A stretch of DNA of 64,000 bases from Rhynchobatus australiae (Eukaryota): NCBI GenBank assembly GCA_034780895.1, contig JAUZTB010000057.1, positions 433,572 through 497,571 on the forward strand. The letters run 5' to 3'. Position numbers and translations under genes: made by a program. The notes beneath the pieces were generated by a model, which ran no database searches, was not told the origin of the DNA, and saw only the letters and a list, made by a program, of their open reading frames with translations. Below are positions 12,220 through 24,399 of this stretch, in pieces; position 1 is the first letter of the stretch, and each line of letters opens with the position of its first letter.

Positions 12220-12800
12220 TGTTTACATGACAGAGTTGTGTTTTCTTGCGTCTATCTGGTGTGTGAATTACATCGTTTAATGGGTTTACTTTGGATCCAT
12301 TTAATCGCAGGCATCGTAATCTTCTCGATGAGTCGAACATGTGGGACCTTCCAAAACGTCTTACTAAAGTCCATGAAGACAACATCCACATCTCCACCTT
12401 CATCAAAGAACATTCATCACCTCCTTCAAGTTCTCGATCAACTTCGTAGACTTGTCTTTCCCCGCAAAAAGCCACACTGACTAACCCGAATTAAGCCACT
12501 GTTTCACAAATGCTCATGAATCCCGTGCCGAAGTCACCTCTCCAATCACTTTCTGACCACTTACGTGAGACTCACTGCTGTTCTGTTTCCAGGAATATCC
12601 CTATTTCACAGAACAACATGAACTCCTCACCATTCCGGGTGCACATCGTCAGTGGCTGGTGTGGAACCGACGATCTTGATCAAAGCCTCTTCAATCTCAT
12701 CTCTTGCCCCTCTCAATTACATGGGGTTTATCTCATCAGGCTCTGGGGACTTATCTCCTCTCGCATTTGATACTTTCAGCCGCGGATAAAGACTCTGACT
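12220..12800 (-). mobile_element. Degraded CR1 ORF2 fragment
   Basis: Reverse complement shows decayed ksPepDeinp..., glirvsqcgf and vdvvfmdfsktfgkvph segments. Confidence 0.6.
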
Positions 12801-13018
12801 GTCTAGATTATCTCTGCATCGCCAAACTTGAGACATTTTTTATCAGATCGCGCTTCAGCCTCGAACACTCCAGAGTAAGAATCCAAATTTGCCCTCCCTT
12901 TATTTGCCACTATTACTCNNNNNNNNNNNNNNNNNNNNNNNNNNNNNNNNNNNNNNNNNNNNNNNNNNNNNNNNNNNNNNNNNNNNNNNNNNNNNNNNNN
13001 NNNNNNNNNNNNNNNNNN

Positions 13019-13205
13019 TCCATTCACCCCTACCCTTTGTTTCCTATCTGCCAACCAGTTTTCTATCCATGTTAATACCCTCCCCCCAATTCCATGAGCC
13101 CTAATTTTACCCACCAATCTCCGGTGCTGCACCTTATCAAATGCCTTCTGAAAGTCGAGGTACACAACATCCACTGAATCTCCCTCGTCTATTTTCCTAG
13201 TTTAC
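13019..13205 (-). mobile_element. Young CR1 RT fragment abutting a gap
   Basis: DVVYLDFQKAFDKVQHRRLVGKIRAHGIGGRVLTWIENWLADRKQRVGVNG; nearly identical to 49010-49153 in the opposite orientation. Confidence 0.9.
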
Positions 13206-13647
13206 ATAGACTTTACATAGGTTGATGATTTCCATGAACGTGTGTGATTTTCTGCCTGCGGTTGAATTATTTCGCACCCCCAACATCCTGCCGCGGCCTT
13301 TCGAACCGAGCGCTGCCTCATTCTCATTTATTTTATCCTTCACCTGTCTTTCCATGAGGGTGTACCGTGAATTACATTTTCTCATCTGCTGTCAGTCCGC
13401 TCGCTTTCCCTTCTGTACCAGTGTCAAGTTGAAAAAGCAACTCACAACGAACTTCTGGTTCCCAGTCTTGAAAGTACAACCGGCCTTCATATTAGAGTTT
13501 CCAAACCTGAGGATGATGAATATCGAAAGCTCGCTAACGAGGTAACAGGGTCAACCGGCACACCTGAAATCAGACGCCATCTCAATGATGTTTTACTCAG
13601 GAAATTTTGTTGAGCCCAATGATCCACCGTGGACTCTCCACATGTGC

Positions 13648-13692
<45 letters not shown>

Positions 13693-13695
13693 CCT
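13648..13695. repeat. (CT)n microsatellite
   Basis: Direct reading. Confidence 0.95.
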
Positions 13696-15059
13696 CTGGT
13701 ATTTAAAGGCAAATTCAACGGTTTTTTCCCCGATGTTTTGGACCACTAGCTGTTCTTAATTGAATACAGTTCCACTGCCCTTGGAAAAGCGACGATTTTT
13801 CCACATCTGGCACCTGAATTTCTGGGCCCTTCTCGGCGTTTTCCTTTTACTTAAGCAATTTATGCACAATTATAAAGGAAGCAGATTCAATGTGCCGGCT
13901 TCCTCTCACACCCAGGCTCGCACTGTATTTTCACCCAAAGACTGTCGCTTCCAAACAAATAGTCTTGCTGAACGTCACTCGCGTCTCTTCCAGGTGACTT
14001 CCTCAGTTCTAACCACAGCGACGGTTGTAATGCTGCTGTTTCCTGACATAGAACTCATTCTCTTTGCTGCCAATTCCCATTCTCGTTCCACATTCACAAT
14101 TCTCCATCTCTGACTCTACCATTCCATTTCTGTCGCTCATTTGTTCATTGAGTTCAAATCGAGCTGCGCCACATTAAAAAAAATCCTGATCACACGGTAC
14201 CCCCATCGAATAACAGAGCTGAGTGGACTTCTATTTGACAGATATGTACAGATGTTTTCGCATGGGGATATTAGCTAACAATATGTGAAAGAGAACGGCG
14301 GAGACATCACAAAGGGTTTGCTTTCGCATATTCACTATTCCCTTAGTTCCTGCTCCATCAGAAATATCCAATTCATCTCTATCAATCTCAATCATCTCTA
14401 GTAAAATTATCGAGTCCTTGTGCAATCGGTTTTATGACACCCGATCATTTGAAACAGACATTTAACTGTCTTCATGTGGAACGGTGCAACATTACATTGT
14501 ATGCAGAAGAGCTTCGACATCAGCTGTCGTTGTGGTACAATCGGCCAACGATTCCATCAGTTCACTGCAAATTTGCTGGTTTGAGCCCACCCAGGAACGA
14601 CAAACTGACACTTCTGCCCGATGCTCAACCTACGTTATTTTTGTGGCGTGGGGCTGAAACTGCAAATCAACATTTCTTGAGAGTTGAAAGCTTAAAGTCG
14701 TGTCGGATTTGAAATGCTCCGTTGGACAAGAACAGCGAGCAACCGAGTGAAGAGACGACCACAGGATTAACGACCTCTGATTCATTAATTCTCTCTTTGC
14801 TGAGCTCTTTCTTTCTCTTTTATTTAGGCGTTATTCGGTTTTGATGAGGCTTATACCTATTCACCACTTATTTTCATATGATTCAACATGAACAGTAAAC
14901 ATTGTAATTGACATTGTTCACCAATTATGATTTCAATCTTTGTTCTCCTGATGAAACTAATACATTTTTTCTTAAATCTTCGGGTCTTTTCAGACATGAT
15001 CGCATCATACTGCGACGTTGACAGAGCACAGTGCGGCCTATGAAAATCACAGGGATGAC

Positions 15060-15410
15060 AAGGTTTGCAGTCGTAGAGTCGCCGAGAGATACAACTCCTT
15101 AACCTGCCCTTCGGTCAATCGTGTCCGAGCCGGCTATCAACTTTGCTGGTTTGCCACATTTCATCAACAGCCATTCATAGGAAGCCTACATTGATCCCAA
15201 TTATCATGTTTCCCACATTCCTGTCAACTTCCCTCAGATTTCACAACTCAGCTTCACACTGGGATCCACTTACAATGGTCAAGTAAATTGTCAAATCTCA
15301 CGCCATTGGCATGTGGGAGGAACTCGGAGAACCCTGAGGAAACGCACTCGGTCAGAGGAGGTACGTGAAACCTCAGCAAAGTCAGTAGTCGAGGTCACGA
15401 TTGAACGGGA
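15060..15410 (-). mobile_element. CR1-type 3' tail plus V-domain (HE1-like) SINE remnant
   Basis: 'gtgggaggaactcggagaaccctgaggaaacgcac...ggtacgtgaaacctc' is the reverse complement of a decayed V-SINE central domain. Confidence 0.5.
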
Positions 15411-15639
15411 TGTGGAAAGTCTGGACTCTGTACTGCAAAGGACAACGCTTTGTACTTCCGTGGGTGTTTACGTTCCTCGTAACCGAACTGTTATCCTTGG
15501 AATTAAAGCTGAATTGCAAATCAATTGCATGGTGATTTCGGGGATGATTTGTGTTGAAGGAAGATTAGCGTGGTTCCTGAACAAAGTTCCTGCACTGGAT
15601 GAAGGTCAGTTTCACTGTTATTATCATTACGTGCAAGAG

Positions 15640-16590
15640 AAGCTTGGGAACCACTTTTTTGAATGAATATACATCCAACAAATTGGCGTCATTGTAAAAG
15701 TGAAATAGTGAAAGTTCAGTACCAAATTGTTCCTGTACGACTGAAATGTAAGGAGGTCTTTGAACCTGGGCTATCAAGGAACGTCGAGAGTTCCATTAAA
15801 GAAAGCATAAAAAGGCACATGACCGGTAAGGGGAATGGAAAACAGCTGAGGCATTTTTGGCAAATGGAACTTGCACAGGCGGTGATGGGTGAATGTGTAA
15901 AAACTGGACAGCAAAGAGGTGGCAAGAAGTATTCCTGGCAGACAAGATTAAAGACAATCCCAGGACAGTTTATTTTCATATTCGAGAAATGTGGTAAACC
16001 AGGCAAAGTGTCGGTCGCATCAAGGACCGAATGGGAAATCTGTGCGTTTGTCCGAAGTGCTGTGTCAGGTCCTAAATGATTATTTTCTTTTATTTTCTAT
16101 TTAGTGCGGAGATGAACACGGTGCAATGGCATTCTGGAGCGGGTTAACATTAAATAAAGAGAATGTATTAGATGTCCCAGCAAGCAGAGAGTTGGAACTT
16201 TCCCCAAGATCTGACGGTGGGCTGCTTTGGGAGGCAAGGAAGAATGTCGCTGGCGCCCACGAGAGACACATTCTTTTTAATATACCCTGTCCGCAGGGAC
16301 GGTGCCAGATGACTGTAGTTCAGGAAATGTTCTATCTCTATTGCCGAAAGGCAGCATGGATAAGTCAGGCTGTGACCTGCCAGGCTTCGCCAGTAATTAC
16401 AGACAGAATTTCGTGACAGGGAAGGTTTTCGGAAAGAACCCTGAGGAATACCAATAATCTGCACGTCGGGAGTGAAGTGATAGGACAAGTCACCACGGAT
16501 TTACTGGTGGGAGGTCCTGTCTGACTAACGTCTTTCAGATTCTTGAAGAAGTTATGAAATGGATTGAGGAGGGAAATGCTGGTGACAGGA
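15640..16590 (+). mobile_element. Old CR1 ORF2 fragment
   Basis: Decayed KELSPRSDG-like and 'caccacggatttactggtgggaggtcctgtctgactaac' (QHGF..GRSCLTN) segments. Confidence 0.55.
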
Positions 16591-17004
16591 TGCTGGCCCT
16601 CAGTTCAGGAAATCTGGAGTTCAGGAAATTTAAGAGCATAGAAGACATGGAACAAGAAGTGGAACGAAATATCCTTGCAGATTAAATAAAGCTAAGGACC
16701 AGTTTGTACTTATTTTACGTTATACGATGACATCAACTCTTGAACGGACAATCTATCTCGTTATGACCCTGCACATTATTGTCTACCTGCACTATACTTT
16801 TTTTTGCAATTGTCACACTTTATTCTTCTCCCTGTCATTGTTCTGCCTTGCACTGCCTCAGTGCAGAGCTGTGATGAATTCTGTTGGGTGAACGGGATGT
16901 AAGACAGGTTTTACACTGTACCTCAGTACATGTGACAATAAGAAACGAATTACCAATTCTATCAATATGTTATTCAGGGAAAATGTCGGGGAACACCTAC
17001 AAAG

Positions 17005-17085
17005 AGCTGGAGGAACACAGCAGATAATGGAGGGAAATGGGCAGTCGACGTTTCGGGTCGAGATCCTTCATCTGGACTGGGAAGA
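17005..17085 (-). mobile_element. Isolated Penelope-like terminal repeat with hammerhead-like motif
   Basis: Minus strand CCAGATGAAGGATCTCGACCCGAAACGTCGAC, preceded on + by 'gctggaggaacacagcag' as at 3930. Confidence 0.6.
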
Positions 17086-17580
17086 GTAGAGCCCGTCAAG
17101 GACTAAAGGGAAATCTATGCATTCATCCAACGAACTGCTAATGCAATGGGTGTTCCACCATAATATAGCCTGGAATACCCAGGACGCAATGAAATGTATC
17201 TCAGGTTACTGTGGGGTGCAGGGGACAGATTTGCTGGTGCCACAACAGAAAGTATTTTTTAAATCTTCGCTTGCCGCTGCTGAGGTGCCAGATATCTGGA
17301 GTTCAGGAAATGTCAGGCCTTTATTAACGAAGGACAGCAGCGAAAAGCCAGGTAATTACAGACCTCTCCGTATGAGGATAGAGATAAGGAAGTTAGTGAA
17401 AATATCCGAGCGGCGGGAAGACTCGGCACTGAGGTAGTCAAGCAGTGTTCAGGAAAAGTCAGCATGGATTTGCCGGCGGAGTTCCTGCCTGACAAAGCTT
17501 CACATTCCCGAAGAAATCAAAAAAAAATTTGATGACTGCAGTGCTCTTCATGAAGAATACCTGGACGTCAACTATGACTT

Positions 17581-17650
17581 GCATTGGGGGTTCAGTTGTA
17601 GAATTCTCGCCTGCCACGCGGGAAGCCCGGTTCGATTCCCGGCCAATGCA
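17581..17650 (+). tRNA. tRNA-Gly(GCC), probably a pseudogene
   Basis: GCATTGG...CTGCCAC...GGTTCGATTCCCGGCCAATGCA. It differs from canonical vertebrate tRNA-Gly-GCC by U8>G, D-loop GG>UG, one variable-loop change and a 1-nt T-stem deletion. No encoded CCA; TTTT terminator at 17659-17662. Confidence 0.9.
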
Positions 17651-17689
17651 ATCGCACCTTTTACTTCGAGAGGTTAGTCATGGCACACA

Positions 17690-18570
17690 TCAACTCCAGC
17701 CGCCAAGTCAACCTCGACCCACTGCAAATCGTCTAATGCGGGCAGGTCCACGGAAGACACCACCTCCATGGCCCTATGCTTATCTCTAGAGCATCTGAAT
17801 CACAACACACCTGCGCCAAACTAATATTTATTGACTGCAACTCCGCTTTCAATACTAGCATTCCAGGCAAAGTTATCTCCAAACGGCTGGAACTGGGACT
17901 CAACAACTTCATTTGCAAATTGATCCTTGACTTCCTGACCAACAGGTCGCAATCATTAAGTACAGGCGGAAACATCTCCGCCACGGTTATCCTCAAAAAT
18001 GGTGTCTGACAAGATTGCGTTCTCAGACCGCTACTCTACGCCAGATGCTCATGCGACTGCGTGTCGAGATTCTGATCTAACTCCATCCACAGGTCAGCAG
18101 ATGATACCAGCGAAGTGGGCCAAATCTCAAATACAGATTAATCTGAGTCTAGGAAGGTTATCGAGAACCTTGTGTCATGGTGTCATGAGAAAGACCTTTT
18201 CCTATGTGTCAAAAAACAAAAAAAACTATTACTTGACTTCAGCGAGGGAAGCCGTGCACACAGCCCTCTATATATCGACTGTGCTGCGGCCAGAGGTTTG
18301 AGAGCTTCAAGGACCTAGCATGACGCTCACCAATAGACTGTCCTGTCCTGGTCCAACCACGTAGATCTCATGGCCAGGAAGCATACCAGCGCCCCTGCTT
18401 CCTCACGCAGCTCAATGAATTTGGTATGTCTTCTTCGGCCCTCAGAATTTATTGATGCACTGTAGAAAGCATCCTGTGCGGATGCATCACAGCTTTTTAC
18501 GGCAACACCTCTCCCCATGACCACAAAAAACGCAATCTCCATGATTGACCTTGTACCAGCACTGACCACC
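17690..18570 (+). mobile_element. Rex1/Babar-like LINE RT fragment
   Basis: Peptide AKLIFIDCNSAFNTSIPGKVISKRLELGLNNFICKLILDFLTNRSQS. Confidence 0.8.
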
Positions 18571-19299
18571 CTCCTTTCCGACAGCCCTGCCTTTCTGACT
18601 GACCGGAGCTCCTAAAATCTCATGATCCTCGGAAAGAATTTCACAACTGAGCCATGGAAACCTTCATCTGCTTTACCACACCAGTTCTGCAATCTGTTTC
18701 ATCAGCTCCGAAATTTCCGATTGAGATACTCTGGTTACTTTGAGATTGGTGAGCTGGTGAAAAAGGCGATAACGTTCAGTTGAGTTCTCCAGCATCAAAC
18801 TGGCAAAAGTTCGCTCCACATTATTTTCAATGAAACTCGGAGCTCTGTTTCACGGGGTGACGGCGGTTCATATTTATCGGGCTCGTCTTCGAGAACTGCA
18901 GCCACCGGCCTCCTGTGTTTATACTGATCCCACCTCAGGCTGAGAATATTCTGTGAGTGTGGCGCTGCTCTGATCCGCTCCTTCATGACACCGTTAGCAA
19001 TGACATCGGATTCAGTGGTGTGACTGCAAACATGTTGGTCTGACGGTCACTGTCCGACACCGGTGGAAACATGTTGAAACATTTGCCCAGCTTCTGTTTC
19101 CTCCCAGAACGAACCGGCTTCACTGAACTACCTCCTCTGTTTTGTTGTCAACGTCGCGTCACCCGAACCAGAAGGGGGCATCAAATCCTTGCAAACACCC
19201 ATATAGCAACGCGCTCCAGGAGCATAATTTCCAAAATTCACAACTAACCTCAGCCCTTTACCTAACCCTAACATCCCACAGCTCGGCAACTCCCCGACA

Positions 19300-20325
19300 G
19301 ATTCTGGTTGGAGGTACGTGACCAGTGGTGTTCCGCAGGGATCGGACTGGGACCTCTGCTGTTTGTTATGTTTCAAAATATCCGGGGTGAAAATGTGGAT
19401 TGGAGGGTTAATAAGTTCGCACATGATAGAAAATTTGTTGGTGTTGTGGGTTTTGTTGAAGGTTGATAAAGGATACATTAGATTGTAGAACAGTTGCAGA
19501 TGTGGGTGGAGAATTGGCGATAGAATTTATCTGACCAACTGTGAGGTGCTGCACCGGGAGATCGAATATAAATAGACTTTGCACTGTAACTGGCAACATC
19601 CTTCACAGTGATGATTGACAGAGGGATCCTGCGGTGCAAATACACAGCTCTCTGCAAATTGCTGCAGAGCTTGATGGGGCGGTATGAAAGCCGTACCAGC
19701 TCCTTCAGCTGCTCCCTTAACTTAGTCTGTTAGCCAAGGCATTGAAAACAAGAGTCGAGAAGTTATTTCGCTGCTGTTTAACACTCTGGTCAGGCCGCAT
19801 CTGGAGTATTGCACTCATTTCTGGTCGACCGTTACAGGAAGGACGTAGAGTCTATGAAGACGGTGCCGAAGTTCCAGGCTGCTGCTTGGATTAGAGGGCG
19901 TGTGCGGTTGGGAGAAGTTGGACTAACTTGGGTTGCTTTACCTGCAGCGCTGGAGGTTGACGGAAGAACTGACAGCTGTTCGGAAGATGACGAGAGACAC
20001 AGATAGAGCATATAGCCGGTATATTTCTCCCAGAGACGAAATGTCTGATAACAGAGTACGTGGATTTTAGGTGAGAGGCGGTAAGTTAAAAGGAGATGTG
20101 TGGGGCAGGTTTACTACCCAGAGAGTGTTGGGTGCCTGGAATGAGCTGTTAGGTATGGTGGTGGAGGGAAATACATATGGCGTACATGGTTGTGCAGATA
20201 ATGGAGGCTGATGGACATTGTATAGACAGAAAGGATTGGTTTATGAAGCATTGAAAAGACTTATTTAATTAGGCCAGCATATCATCGTGGCCCGAAGGGC
20301 CTGTTCCTCTACTGTACATGGTTTT
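19300..20325 (+). mobile_element. CR1 3' fragment, co-duplicated with the GPCR unit
   Basis: VTSGVPQGSDWDL and RPHLEYC segments; tail 'catcgtggcccgaagggcctgttcct'. Confidence 0.85.
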
Positions 20326-20655
20326 CGAACTCAGGTCCCTGGATCTTACACGTAAAACCTCAACCAGCGTGACGCAATTCTGCTCAGAAGAACAGACGTC
20401 AGATAATTTAAAGTTAAATTCAAGGTCGAGTGTTTTTTCACAGATGCAAAAGTAAAACAAATTAAACATGCATTATACCAAACTTGTTCAACGAAAGAAG
20501 CACATTTAGAACAAAGCAAAGTCACAGAATTGAGACGATATTCCTTCCAGTTCACAATTCCAGGCCCGATTCTGCCTGTTTCTCCCCAGTGTGTTTGGAG
20601 TGGGAGAGACGGAGTTGGTTCAGGCCGGAAACCAGCGGGGATTTATCAGCTCCTG

Positions 20656-21531
20656 TCAGCACTGAGCGCATCTCACAATGAGAGTGAAGGGAGATTTCAC
20701 CAGCTCCTTCAGCTGCTCCCTTAACTTAGTCTGGGTCACCGCGTAAAGAGCCGTATTTGTGCAACAGCTCAGGAGCTGCAGCGTGGAACCCAGTTCCCTT
20801 ATAGTATCCGGTTGAAGCCACATTTTGGAAACGAACCACATTCGGAACCACACAGAATGCACCGTAAACGCCGCCCACAACAGGATGAAATTCCCCGACA
20901 CAACTAACAGTAAAATGAGGGATTTCCTGCGGCTCTCCATCTCCGGATCTCTGGGATTGTCCCCACAGCTGGGACCCCGCAGTCTCCTGCGGGGTCTGCT
21001 CGCCACTAGAACATGTCTGATGTTCAAAGCATTGAGCAGGAGAATGAGGACAAATGGGATCACAGGCGTGAGGATGGAATGGAGGAACTCGACTGCAGTC
21101 AACAGAACACCCCATGTGCTCCAGCAAAACCAAGGAAAATTAACTAACCTGTAGTTTCGTAAGAGCATGAAATACCAGAAAATGTTCTTTAAACAGCTCA
21201 TCACGGTCACTGTCCCCATAACCACAGCCGGTGCAATATTTCGCTTTCAGCTTCTGACAACGAATGGCCACAAACCGATCAAAGGTGAAAGCGACGGTGA
21301 ACCAGACAGAACAGTCAGTGGCTGCGTAAAGCAGGACGGCGTGGATATTACACACGGGGATGTACCACAGGAAAGGAAAGGTTTCCCGATAAACAAACGG
21401 AATCTGCCTCAGTATCAGGTCGAGGACAACGACCAGTCGATCCGCCGTTGCCATGGCCACCAGGTAGAGAGTGACGCCTTTGGAGAGACCGCACTTTCCC
21501 CGCGACAAGACCATAATTGTCAGCACGTTCA
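20656..21531 (-). pseudogene. GPR139-like GPCR exon 2, frameshifted (paralog B)
   Basis: Acceptor 'ttctcacag|TGAACGTG' at 21531. TM motifs as in paralog A. Net 11-nt deletion after KYC (about 21230) relative to paralog A, plus an in-frame 4-codon deletion in ECL2. Confidence 0.9.
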
Positions 21532-22596
21532 CTGTGAGAATGGAAATATAGACAAAAATGACAACGGGTTTAGAACATCTTTCGCAGAGTCACAGAGAGG
21601 AAAATCAAATGTAGATACCTGTTCTTGGATTTAGAGTTGGAGGTGGTTGTACCCGACACACGGGTTGTCTGTTGGAGACGGGGATTATAGATCAGTGAAA
21701 TCAACCAGCAACTGAAAATAACGGCATCACCTCGACCAACAGACAGGTGAGAAGCGGTGGTTCCGTGGTCCAGTGAGGATGCCTGCCGAGTGAAAACTTC
21801 ATTATGTGTTCCGATAAAGGTCAAATAAAGGTCAAAGTCCTCAGTATCTGAGCTTCGGTTGAGGGAGAGGTGATTTTCGACCTGATCAGGTGGCGGAATC
21901 AGCCGAGGGTCCTGATCCTGATCATTGCTCAGTGCTCTGTGAGAGCGTCGTTGACTATTTCGTGGTGACCGGCGGTTAGTGTGGTTTGCAGAACGGTCAC
22001 TATTCCTGCATTTTCTGAAGCGACTGATGTTGGAGGTTATGTTGGATGTTATGACGCAGCCACACTGGAGATTGTGGTGAAAGTTGCTCCGGTCCCCGGT
22101 GGAACAGACTGATTCAGCTGCATATAGTGGCCGGCAGGAGGATGGGGGTGGTTGGAAACGACCAGAGGTTTCAGATTGAAATAAGACCATATTGAATGCA
22201 ACAATAACACTTTACTTATTGCTGCAGAAATTTCCGGCAGCTGGAATCGCCAGACACGGAAGCAGTGAGGAGAGTGTGAATTTTAAGTACCGTAGTGCAG
22301 ATAGTAATGGTTTATCGAACAAATAAATGTAGTTTTGGACGTGCCAGCAATATACGCATAATATCGAGAAACGAAGGATAAGTAACACGGAGATAAACAC
22401 AATTCAAGCCGCTGATCCCGCACATGGACCAGGTCTGTGTATGACATCTCCCTCAAACGGACTTCAGTTAGTGAGGACGTTCGGCTTTATTAACCAGCAC
22501 ATGTAATGAACAGTCCACCCACCAGACCTCTTTATCGGACCCCGTAACCGCTGCTTCTCACCTGTTTGTCGGTCGAGTCATTGCACAGAGACTTAC

Positions 22597-22732
22597 CTGG
22601 AACAGCAAGAGCGATGATGGAATAGTAGACGGGCTGAATAGTCTGGAGTAAATAATTGATCCGATCGTCTACTGTTATCCAAGCAGCATCCGATAAAATA
22701 TATTCCGCAGACCAGAAGACACCCCGCCCCAT
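22597..22732 (-). pseudogene. Exon 1 of GPCR paralog B
   Basis: ATG at 22732 encodes MGRGVFWSAEY...IQPVYYSIIALAVP (45 codons plus 1 nt), then G|GTAAGT donor. Phase 1 matches the 21531 acceptor. TTTAAATAG near 22840 on the minus strand. Confidence 0.85.
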
Positions 22733-24399
22733 CGCTGCAACGTCCCACTCTTCTGTATCTAGATCCAGACCCACTGCTGTAACACCTCACTCCACTGTTC
22801 CCAGATTCCAATCGGTGACCAGAACTTCACACTCCACTATTTAAAGATTCCGTCCGTTCATGTAACATTCCACATTATTGTTCGCAGCTCCCGAATTATC
22901 GTCTTCCTCGGTGCAGCTTCTACTCTCTGTCAGTGACGGAGGGGCTGTTCCCACTGACACTGTGAGACTTCATCGAAAAGAACAGATTTTACATGCAGCG
23001 GGGAAATCCCTGGAGACACATTCGTGCTCCGTGCAGCCGGACGTTAATTACACTAACTGAACAAACATCAGCGGTTAACTCCTTTGTATCTGGACGGCTG
23101 GAGCAATACCTATAATGAACGAAACAACTGTGTAATGATGTCCAGGACTTCCACTGTATCCTGCCACTCCGGACATTATCTCGTCTCCCCCTTCCATCAA
23201 GCAGAAGATACAAACGCCTGAAAGCACGTACCATCGGGCTCAACGGCAGCTTCTACCCTCTGTTTTAAACCTTTTCACGGTTCACGATAACATACTGTCC
23301 ACATCAAAATTCGCCTTATTGTCTACCCGCGGTGCATTTACATTGGAACCATAACACCTTATTATGCTCTCTTTTGTTGCTTTCCCTTTACTACCTGAAG
23401 GCTTGGTTGTAATGAATTGAGCTGTGTGAACGATATTTAGATTTTCTCTGTACCTCGGTGCATGTGACAATCAAAAAACAATTGACCAATCCTCCAGTAT
23501 CAAGGTGGGATGAACAATGAGGGTCAGGGAGTCGTATGCAGGGCTGCTCGGATCCGACCGTGTGATGAGGAATTCTATGGACCTTGAACAGTTCCCTGAA
23601 AGGGAACGATCCAGATGAATCATTTCTCTGGATGAGAGGTTGGAGATAGAATCCCTGGAACGCTGGGATATTTAAGCTAACGTCACTGCGAGGGCCATAG
23701 CGTGAGTGGACGATCCAGACCCTGGTGGAGTCACCTGGGGAATTATACGGGGCAATTTGCTTTATTTATCCAATGGATTTGGGACCAGATCTGTGGCAAA
23801 CACTGACCCATCAGATCTCGTTTTAAAGCCCTTCCGCGCACCTTCATCCAAAGGCATCTCACTTTTAATGCACCTACCCTGGGAACAGAAGTTTCCGCAA
23901 GCAGCCCTGTCTGTTCCTCTCATGATCTGATCCATTTCTGTCAGGTCACATTGCAGGGAAAACAAGCCGAGCCTGCCGTAACCTCCAAAAGAGACAACAT
24001 CTCAGCGATTCTGCTCCGCTCTGTTCCCAGCTGAATCACAGCGCTCCCGAACTGTGGTGGCCAGAATTACACACTGTCCTGTGGCCCATTGTTTTCTTGA
24101 GATGCACCATAACGTTCCCGCTCTTATATTCCATGTTACGGCCTCTGAATTCTGTCATACCGTATGCCTTCATCACCACCCCATCGACCTGTGTGGCCAA
24201 TTTCAGGGAACCGTGGACTGGGACCCCGTTCTCTGTTCGTCAGCATTGATTCTGTGTCTTCACGTATACTGTACTGGATGGAAATAAATACCATCTGCCA
24301 ATGCACCATCATAGTTTCTAACTGATATGTGTCCTGTTGTATCATCAGAGAACCTTCTCGGTATTCACAACACAGCCATATTTTGGATCATCTGCAAAC

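Noticed and set aside
18673-18795. Minus-strand ATGCTGGAG ORF (MLENSTERY...) as the missing exon 1 of paralog A
   Set aside because: No hydrophobic TM1 half, no ...VP|GT donor, and it ends in a stop.
19250-19275. Interstitial telomere (CCTAACCCTAAC)
   Set aside because: Only about two units, and part of a block shared with 9335-9360.
21570-22190. 206-aa ORF
   Set aside because: Lies inside the GPCR intron and has no recognisable domain; the ORF track shows no equivalent long ORF in the paralogous intron.
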